Shown: in pieces, positions 34,990 to 40,325 of the stretch
How the letters are laid out: each line of letters begins with the position of its first letter
How positions within the stretch are numbered: the first letter of the stretch is position 1
DNA from: Acidobacteriota bacterium
GTDB lineage: Bacteria > Acidobacteriota > Thermoanaerobaculia > Multivoradales > JAGPDF01
Assembly: GCA_050258075.1 (NCBI GenBank)
Contig: JBLMYC010000163.1
Location: forward strand, 1 to 40,325
Reading direction: 5' to 3'
DNA length: 40,325 nucleotides
Program-made: the position numbers and the translations under genes
Notes under the pieces: generated by a model
Database searches by the model: none
What the model was told of the DNA's origin: nothing
What the model saw: only the letters and a program-made list of their open reading frames with translations

Positions 34990-36132
34990 ATGCGATTGAC
35001 CGAGGTCGTCGTCCGCTTCCACCCCTACGTCGGAGGGGTCGAGACCACGGTGTACGAGCTCGGCCGTCGGCTGGCGCGGCGCGGCCACGCGGTCGAGGTC
35101 GTCTGCGCCGACGTGCCGGCCGGAGCGCCGCCCGAGGTCGCGGGCATCGCGGTGCGCCGGCTGCCGGTCTTCGGCCGCATCGCCGACACTCCGCTGTCGC
35201 GCGGCGTGGCGCGCACCGTCCGCGCCACGCGGCCGGACGTCGTGCACGCCCACATGACGCCGCCGTGGTGGTGCGACGGCGCAGCGCGCGCCGCGCGGGG
35301 GCTGCGCGTACCGCTCCTCCTCACGTACAACAACGACGTGGTCGGGCGCGGTCTCGGGGCACTCGTCGCCGGGCTGTACAACCGGCTGTTCCTGCCGGGC
35401 CTGCTGCGCGGCGCCGAACGCGTCGTGCTGCCCAACCCGGCTTATCGCGATCTCTCGTCTTGGCTGCGCGCGTCCCCGGCCCGTTTCCTGAGCATCCCTT
35501 GGGGAGTCGACACCGAGCGCTTCGCTCCGGTGGCGCTGCCGAGCGAACCGGGCCTGGTCCTGACCTTTCTCGCCGTGCTCAAGGCTCAGCACGCCTACAA
35601 GGGCCTCAGCCCGCTCCTCGCGGCGCTGGCGGACGCACGCCACGCCGGAGCGACGGCACGGCTGCGGGTCGGCGGGGCCGGCGATCAGCTCCCGCGCTAC
35701 CGCGAGGAGGCGGCGCGGCTCGGTCTCGGCGACGCGGTCGAGTTCCTGGGCTTCGTCCCCGACGCCGAGCTGCCGGCGTTCTTCCACTCCGGGGACGTCT
35801 TCGTCCTGCCCTCGACGACCGCCGCGCAGGAAGGCTTCGGCCTGGTGCTGCTCGAGGCGATGGCGAGCGGCCGCGGCGTGCTGACGACCCCGGTGGTCGG
35901 CATGGCGGCAGAGATCCGCGAGGCCGGCGCGGGCGTCCTCGTCGCCCCCGGCGAGGTGGCCGCGCTCGCCGACGCGATCGTCGCCCTGGCCGCCGATCCG
36001 GCCCCGACCCGCGCCCGGCTCGCCGCGATGGGCGAGCGCGGACGGCGGCTGGTCGAGCGCCGCTTCGACTGGGAGCGCGTCACCGACGCCTACGAGCGCC
36101 TGCTCCAGGAGCTCGTCGCGGCGCGGGTCTGA
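34990..36132 (+). CDS. GT4-family (GT-B fold) glycosyltransferase
   Basis: MRLTEVVVRFHPYVGGVETTVYELGRRLARRGHAVEVV ... PSTTAAQEGFGLVLLEAMASGRGVLTTP (EX7E-type motif). The start is ATG 34990, or alternatively GTG 34978. Confidence 0.88.
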   Translation: MRLTEVVVRFHPYVGGVETTVYELGRRLARRGHAVEVVCADVPAGAPPEVAGIAVRRLPVFGRIADTPLSRGVARTVRATRPDVVHAHMTPPWWCDGAARAARGLRVPLLLTYNNDVVGRGLGALVAGLYNRLFLPGLLRGAERVVLPNPAYRDLSSWLRASPARFLSIPWGVDTERFAPVALPSEPGLVLTFLAVLKAQHAYKGLSPLLAALADARHAGATARLRVGGAGDQLPRYREEAARLGLGDAVEFLGFVPDAELPAFFHSGDVFVLPSTTAAQEGFGLVLLEAMASGRGVLTTPVVGMAAEIREAGAGVLVAPGEVAALADAIVALAADPAPTRARLAAMGERGRRLVERRFDWERVTDAYERLLQELVAARV

Positions 36133-36149
36133 TACCCTCCCGTTTCGAC

Positions 36150-37316
36150 TTGAGCGAGCCAGCGCGCCCCCGTTCGCCGGAGCCCGAGCTCGAGGTCTCG
36201 GTGGTGATGCCCTGCCTGAACGAGGCGGCGGGGGTCGGGGTCTGCGCGGAGAAGGCGCGCGCGGCGCTCGCGAAGATGGGTGTCGCAGGCGAGGTCGTAG
36301 TGGTCGACAACGGCTCGACCGACGGCTCGCCGGAGATCGCCGCGCGGGCCGGGGCGCGGGTCGTCCACGAGCGCCGGCGCGGCTACGGCTCGGCCTACCT
36401 GCGCGGCTTCGCCGAGGCGCGCGGCCGCTACCTGGTGATGGGCGATGCCGACGACACGTACGACTTCACCGCCATCCCGGCCTTCGTCGAGCCCCTGCGC
36501 CGCGGCTGCGACCTAGTGATGGGCACGCGCCTCAAGGGCGAGATCCTGCCCGGCGCGATGTCCTGGAGCCACCGCTGGATCGGCAATCCCATCCTGTCCG
36601 GCATGCTGAAGCTGTTCTTCAAGACCCGGATCTCCGATTCGCACTGCGGCATGCGCGCCCTCACCCGCGACGCGTTCGAGCGCATGGATCTGCGCACCAC
36701 CGGCATGGAGTTCGCCTCGGAGATGGTGGTCAACGCGCTGCGCGCCGGGCTGCGCATCGAGGAGATCCCGATCACCTACCGGCGCCGCATCGGCGAGTCG
36801 AAGCTGGCCGGCATGCGCGACGCCTGGCGGCACATCCGCTTCATGCTGCTCTTCTCGCCGGCCTGGCTCTTCCAGCTCCCCGGGGTGCTGTGCCTGCTGG
36901 TGGGTGGCGTGCTCAGCGCACTGTTCGCGACCGGGCCGCGCGTCGTCCTCGGGCGCACGTTCGACTACCACGTTCTGTGGCTGGGCGTGCTGCTGCTGAT
37001 CCTGGGCTACAACCTGGTGCTGTTCGACGCGCTGGCGAAGACCTTCTCGATGGGCGCCGGCTTCGCTCGCCCGCAACAGTGGCTGCGCCGGTTCCTGAAC
37101 GTGTTCACGCTCGAGCGCGGCCTGCTCTGGGGAGCGCTGCTCTTCCTCGCGGGCGTGGCGCTCGAGGCGAAGATCGCCTTCGACTGGGCGCACGCCGGCT
37201 ACGGCCCGCTCACCGCCCATCGCGGCTTCATCCTCGGGATGACCGCGATGGTCATGGGCGCGCAGACCGTCTTCGCCTCGTTCCTGATCGACCTGATGCT
37301 GATCCGGAGGCGTTGA
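36150..37316 (+). CDS. GT2-family glycosyltransferase with C-terminal TM helices (polyprenyl-phosphate sugar synthase, GtrB/CsbB/DPM1-like)
   Basis: In the frame of ORF 35265..37316, whose 5' two-thirds are shadow sequence across the GT4 gene. VSVVMPCLNEA, VVVVDNGSTDGS, MGDADDTYD, and four C-terminal hydrophobic helices. The start is uncertain (TTG 36150 or GTG 36201). Confidence 0.82.
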   Translation: MSEPARPRSPEPELEVSVVMPCLNEAAGVGVCAEKARAALAKMGVAGEVVVVDNGSTDGSPEIAARAGARVVHERRRGYGSAYLRGFAEARGRYLVMGDADDTYDFTAIPAFVEPLRRGCDLVMGTRLKGEILPGAMSWSHRWIGNPILSGMLKLFFKTRISDSHCGMRALTRDAFERMDLRTTGMEFASEMVVNALRAGLRIEEIPITYRRRIGESKLAGMRDAWRHIRFMLLFSPAWLFQLPGVLCLLVGGVLSALFATGPRVVLGRTFDYHVLWLGVLLLILGYNLVLFDALAKTFSMGAGFARPQQWLRRFLNVFTLERGLLWGALLFLAGVALEAKIAFDWAHAGYGPLTAHRGFILGMTAMVMGAQTVFASFLIDLMLIRRR

Positions 37317-37321
37317 GCCCG

Positions 37322-38053
37322 ATGCCCGGCATGCTGAGCCGCTTTCTCGAGCGCACATTCCGCTCGACCGAGGAGGCCAATCGCCGCGCGATCTTGGCGC
37401 TGGCGGATCCCCGCCCCGGCGGGCGCCTGCTCGACTGCGGCTGCGGCGACGGCAAGTTCTCGATGGCGCTCGCTGCGCGCCTCGAGGCGCGCGAGGTACA
37501 CGGCATCGAGGCCGTGCCGGATCGGGTGCGCTCCGCCGCCGGCCGCGGCATGATCGTCGCGCAGGCCGACCTCGAGGCCCATTGGCCGTATCCCGACGGA
37601 CATTTCGACGTGGTACACGCCAACCAGTTGCTCGAGCACCTGCGCCAGAGCGATCATTTCCTGCGCGAGCTTCGGCGCGTGCTCGCTCGCGGCGGCTACG
37701 CCTTGATCTCGACCAACAACCTGGCGAGCTGGCACAACGTCGTCTCGCTCATGCTCGGTTTTCAGCCGCCGCCGATGCACGTGTCGAACGAAGTCGTGCT
37801 CGGCAACCCGCTCGACCCCTTGCGCGGCCATCGCTTCGGGGCGCCCGAGGACAGCCACCTGCGCATCTACAGCTTTCGCGCCCTGCGCGACTTCGCCGAA
37901 TACCACGGGTTCCGGGTGGCAGCGTTGCGGACGGCCGGGTACTACCCGCTGCCGCCCGCGCTGGCCCGCATGATGACCAGGCTCGACCGCCAGCACGGCG
38001 TTTTCCTGATCGCCAAGCTCGCTCCGTCCGGACCGCCGGGCAGCGAGCCCTAG
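37322..38053 (+). CDS. Class I SAM-dependent methyltransferase
   Basis: ATG 37322 inside ORF 36890..38053. SAM motif I RLLDCGCGDGKF, plus DVVHANQLLEHL and RVLARGGYALIST. Confidence 0.85.
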   Translation: MPGMLSRFLERTFRSTEEANRRAILALADPRPGGRLLDCGCGDGKFSMALAARLEAREVHGIEAVPDRVRSAAGRGMIVAQADLEAHWPYPDGHFDVVHANQLLEHLRQSDHFLRELRRVLARGGYALISTNNLASWHNVVSLMLGFQPPPMHVSNEVVLGNPLDPLRGHRFGAPEDSHLRIYSFRALRDFAEYHGFRVAALRTAGYYPLPPALARMMTRLDRQHGVFLIAKLAPSGPPGSEP

Positions 38054-38628
38054 ACGGGCTTCAGTGGTTCGAGTTCGAAATACAGCTCGTTCGCGGGAAG
38101 CATCCAGCAGAGGAATCGCTCGTAGAACAGAGGGAAGCGATTGATCAACCAGGTGAGCAGTCGCCCTGGGACCTCGCGTTTCTCGTTCTTGATCCAGTAG
38201 AAGAGGATCTGGCGGCGCCGAATGCGGAAGCGTAGATCGGAGTAGAAGTTGTAGACGCCGTCCTCCGTGAAGTAGTCGAAGCTGTGGTAGCCGAAGAAGC
38301 GGCGGTGCGTCGGGTCGGTGTAGGCGCCGAAGAAGGACAGATGAGGAACGGTGATCCGGATCACCGCTCCGGCGCCCGCTATCCGCCAGAGCTCGCGCAG
38401 CAGCGGCAAGAGGTTCGTGACATGCTCCAACGTGTGTACCGCGATGACCTCGTCGAACGTAGCGCTGCGAAACGGCAGCGGTCTCTCGAGATCGGCGATC
38501 ACGTCGACTCCCGGCACCCGCACGACGTCCAGATTGACATAGCCGCTGCGGCGATCGCGGCCACATCCGAGATTGAGCCTCCTCACCGCGCTCGAATATA
38601 GCAGCCGGGTGAGACGCGTGACCGACAC
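38050..38628 (-). CDS. Class I SAM-dependent methyltransferase (Methyltransf_11-like), in a low-GC patch
   Basis: RRLNLGCGRDRRSGYVNLD, FDEVIAVHTLEHV, LRELWRIAGAGAVIRITVP. The start is GTG 38628 or ATG 38676. My hand count over 38051-38160 gives about 54% GC. Confidence 0.75.
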   Translation of the reverse strand: MSVTRLTRLLYSSAVRRLNLGCGRDRRSGYVNLDVVRVPGVDVIADLERPLPFRSATFDEVIAVHTLEHVTNLLPLLRELWRIAGAGAVIRITVPHLSFFGAYTDPTHRRFFGYHSFDYFTEDGVYNFYSDLRFRIRRRQILFYWIKNEKREVPGRLLTWLINRFPLFYERFLCWMLPANELYFELEPLKPV

Positions 38629-39529
38629 GAGACGCCTGATCGTGCGCTGGTTGCCGTGGTTGGTAGCTGGCGCCATCGTCGCCGCCCTCTTTTCGCGTGT
38701 CGATCCGCAAGGCCTCCGCCAGGCTTTTCGCGGTGCCCCTCTTCTGGTCCTGATCCCCTACGTAGTGCTGGAGATCCTCGCCGCCTGGCCGCTCGACTCC
38801 CTTGCCACCCAAGCCGCGTTTGCCGCGGCGCAGATCAGGCGGCCGTACGGTGAGATTCTGGCGATGCGGGGAGCGAGCTACATCCTCGGCCTGTTGAGCT
38901 ACGCCCTCGGCCAGGGGGGCACCGGCGTCTATCTGGTGCGCACCGGAGCGCGGGCCTCGCGCGCGGCGGCGGCCGTGGCGCTGCTGCTGGTCGTGAACGG
39001 CCTCGCGCTGGTCCTGTTCAGCGCCGCCGGCCAGTGGGCTCCGCAGGCGGGAAACTCGGCCTACCGGATGCTCGCAGCCGGCCTGACGATCGCCGCGCTG
39101 CTCTATCTGCTCCTGATCGCGGCCCTCCCGGCGCGTCACGTGCCCTTCCGCCTCCTCGTCCCGCTCTTCGACGCCGGTGTCATGGGGCACATTCGAGCCA
39201 CGGCGGCGCGCGCGCCGCACGTCGCTCTGCTCGTCCTCCTGCACTGGGGTGCGTTCAGGATCTGGGGGATCCAGCTGCCGTTGATCCAGGCCGTGATCTG
39301 GATCCCCTCGATGATCCTCGTCGGAGCCTTGCCGATCACTCCCTCCGGGCTCGGCACGGTCCAGGCACTGCAAGTCCTGCTCTTCTCGAGGTACGCGCCC
39401 GGTGCCACGGCGGCGGCCCGCGCCGCCGACGTGCTTGCCTTCAGTCTGGTGCACCAGCTGCTGGCGATCGTCGCGCAGGCCGCGCTCGGCCTCGCCTGCC
39501 TGGCCAGGCTGCAGCGCTCCGACAGATGA
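38618..39529 (+). CDS. UPF0104 / lysylphosphatidylglycerol-synthase-TM-like (flippase-like) membrane protein
   Basis: In the frame of ORF 38573..39529. RRLIVRWLPWLVAGAIVAALFSRVDPQGLRQAF, followed by about 8 TM helices. The start is uncertain (38573, GTG 38618 or GTG 38642). ATGA overlap with the next GT4 gene. Confidence 0.65.
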   Translation: MTDTRRLIVRWLPWLVAGAIVAALFSRVDPQGLRQAFRGAPLLVLIPYVVLEILAAWPLDSLATQAAFAAAQIRRPYGEILAMRGASYILGLLSYALGQGGTGVYLVRTGARASRAAAAVALLLVVNGLALVLFSAAGQWAPQAGNSAYRMLAAGLTIAALLYLLLIAALPARHVPFRLLVPLFDAGVMGHIRATAARAPHVALLVLLHWGAFRIWGIQLPLIQAVIWIPSMILVGALPITPSGLGTVQALQVLLFSRYAPGATAAARAADVLAFSLVHQLLAIVAQAALGLACLARLQRSDR

Positions 39530-40325
39530 GAATCGCTCTGCTCTACGACTGTGTCTACCCGGAGAGTCTCGGCGGAGTCGAACACCGCAACCACGAGCTG
39601 GCGGCCGCTCTGGGCGAGCTCGGGCACGAGGTCACGATCGCCGGCTTCACGGTGACGTCACGCGACGTCGCCAAGAACGCGCGAGTCCTGTCGCTCGGCC
39701 CACCGGGGAAGCTGTACGACCGGCAGGGCAAGCGGCGCGCCGCGGAAGCCCTGCGATTCGCCCGGGCCTGCTCGCGCCTGGACGTCACTGCGTACGATCT
39801 CGTCGAGACGGCGAACATCCCCTACGCTCACCTCCTGCCACTCGCCCGGCGCTGCCGCCGTGCGCACCGACCGCTGGTCGTCACCTGGCACGAGTACTGG
39901 GGATCGTACTGGCGCCGCTACGCCGGCCCACTGCGCGGCACCGCCTTCGCGCTCGTTGAGCGCGCCACCGCCCGGATCGGCGCGGCGATCGCAGTCAGTC
40001 GACTGACCGGCGAGCGTCTCGCCGCGCGCCGCGGTCGGCCGGTCGAGGTCGTGCCGAACGGCATCCCGGTCGCTCGCATCCGCGCCGCCGCCGCACGGGC
40101 AATTCCCGGCTCGCCGCTCTTTCTGGCCGGCCGCCTGGTGCGCGAGAAACGCGTCGATCTGCTGCTCGCGGCGGTCGATCGGCTGCGCCAGGAGTTCCCG
40201 GCGCCGCTTCTGGCGATCGCCGGCGACGGCCCCGATGCCGAGCGGCTGCACCGACTCGCCGCACCGCTCGGGCCGCACGTCCGCTTTCTCGGCCGTCTGC
40301 CGACGAGCGACGACGTCTGGCGCGC
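39526..40325 (+). CDS. GT4-family glycosyltransferase, N-terminal ~266 codons; runs off the right edge of the window
   Basis: My own translation from ATG 39526: MRIALLYDCVYPESLGGVEHRNHELAAALGELGHEVTIAGF ... VVPNGIPV ... LFLAGRLVREKRVDLLLAAVDRL...LAIAGDGPD...VRFLGRL. It is not in the ORF track because no stop falls in the window. Confidence 0.8.
   Translation, partial: MRIALLYDCVYPESLGGVEHRNHELAAALGELGHEVTIAGFTVTSRDVAKNARVLSLGPPGKLYDRQGKRRAAEALRFARACSRLDVTAYDLVETANIPYAHLLPLARRCRRAHRPLVVTWHEYWGSYWRRYAGPLRGTAFALVERATARIGAAIAVSRLTGERLAARRGRPVEVVPNGIPVARIRAAAARAIPGSPLFLAGRLVREKRVDLLLAAVDRLRQEFPAPLLAIAGDGPDAERLHRLAAPLGPHVRFLGRLPTSDDVWR

Noticed and set aside
35265-36149. 5' two-thirds of the 683 aa ORF 35265..37316
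   Set aside because: This part is an out-of-frame read-through of the GT4 gene with Arg/Pro-rich translation. Only the portion after the GT4 stop (from about 36150) shows GT2 motifs.
37199-39454. 751 aa minus-strand ORF across the methyltransferase/UPF0104 region
   Set aside because: It is a shadow ORF that conflicts with three motif-bearing genes.

Overview
This is a roughly 70% GC bacterial chromosome segment. BamD, an OmpA-family protein, Tol-Pal YbgF/CpoB and a TonB C-terminal domain show the organism is diderm. The gene content (Hanks kinase, DUF4388, Fis-type HTH, YfhO-like proteins) resembles Acidobacteriota or Myxococcota, but I cannot assign taxonomy without a search. I support about 40 protein-coding genes. 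I found no rRNA, tRNA, CRISPR array, transposase, integrase or recognisable defence system. All family calls come from reading motifs in the translations; no HMM or BLAST search was possible.

The window has two parts.

(1) Positions 1-26.9 kb hold housekeeping and envelope genes: folC(partial)-accD; an unusual receiver-like/Ser-Thr kinase/TonB_C fusion; ruvC; a DUF4388 protein; two outer-membrane proteins; ftsEX; gatB; pgeF; rlmN; tatA; a lytic transglycosylase; a small Fis-type HTH protein; a LysM protein; an rseP ... PASTA-rpe-bamD-ybgF string; a ThrE-like exporter; and a split acyl-CoA carboxylase alpha (accC plus BCCP).

(2) Positions 26.9-40.3 kb form a dense envelope-glycosylation locus, which is the most interesting content. 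It contains two tandem YfhO-like polytopic (GT-C type) proteins, a divergent decaprenyl-phosphate phosphoribosyltransferase-like UbiA enzyme translationally coupled to a PAP2-type lipid phosphatase, an uncharacterised polytopic membrane protein, two GT4 enzymes, a membrane-anchored GT2 (polyprenyl-phosphate sugar synthase type), two SAM methyltransferases (one in a low-GC patch) and a UPF0104 flippase-like protein.

A recurrent TACAAT/TAGAAT box lies 6-9 nt upstream of start codons, which suggests leaderless transcripts. Many long Arg/Pro/Gly-rich ORFs in the supplied track are antisense or out-of-frame shadows typical of high-GC DNA, and I rejected them.
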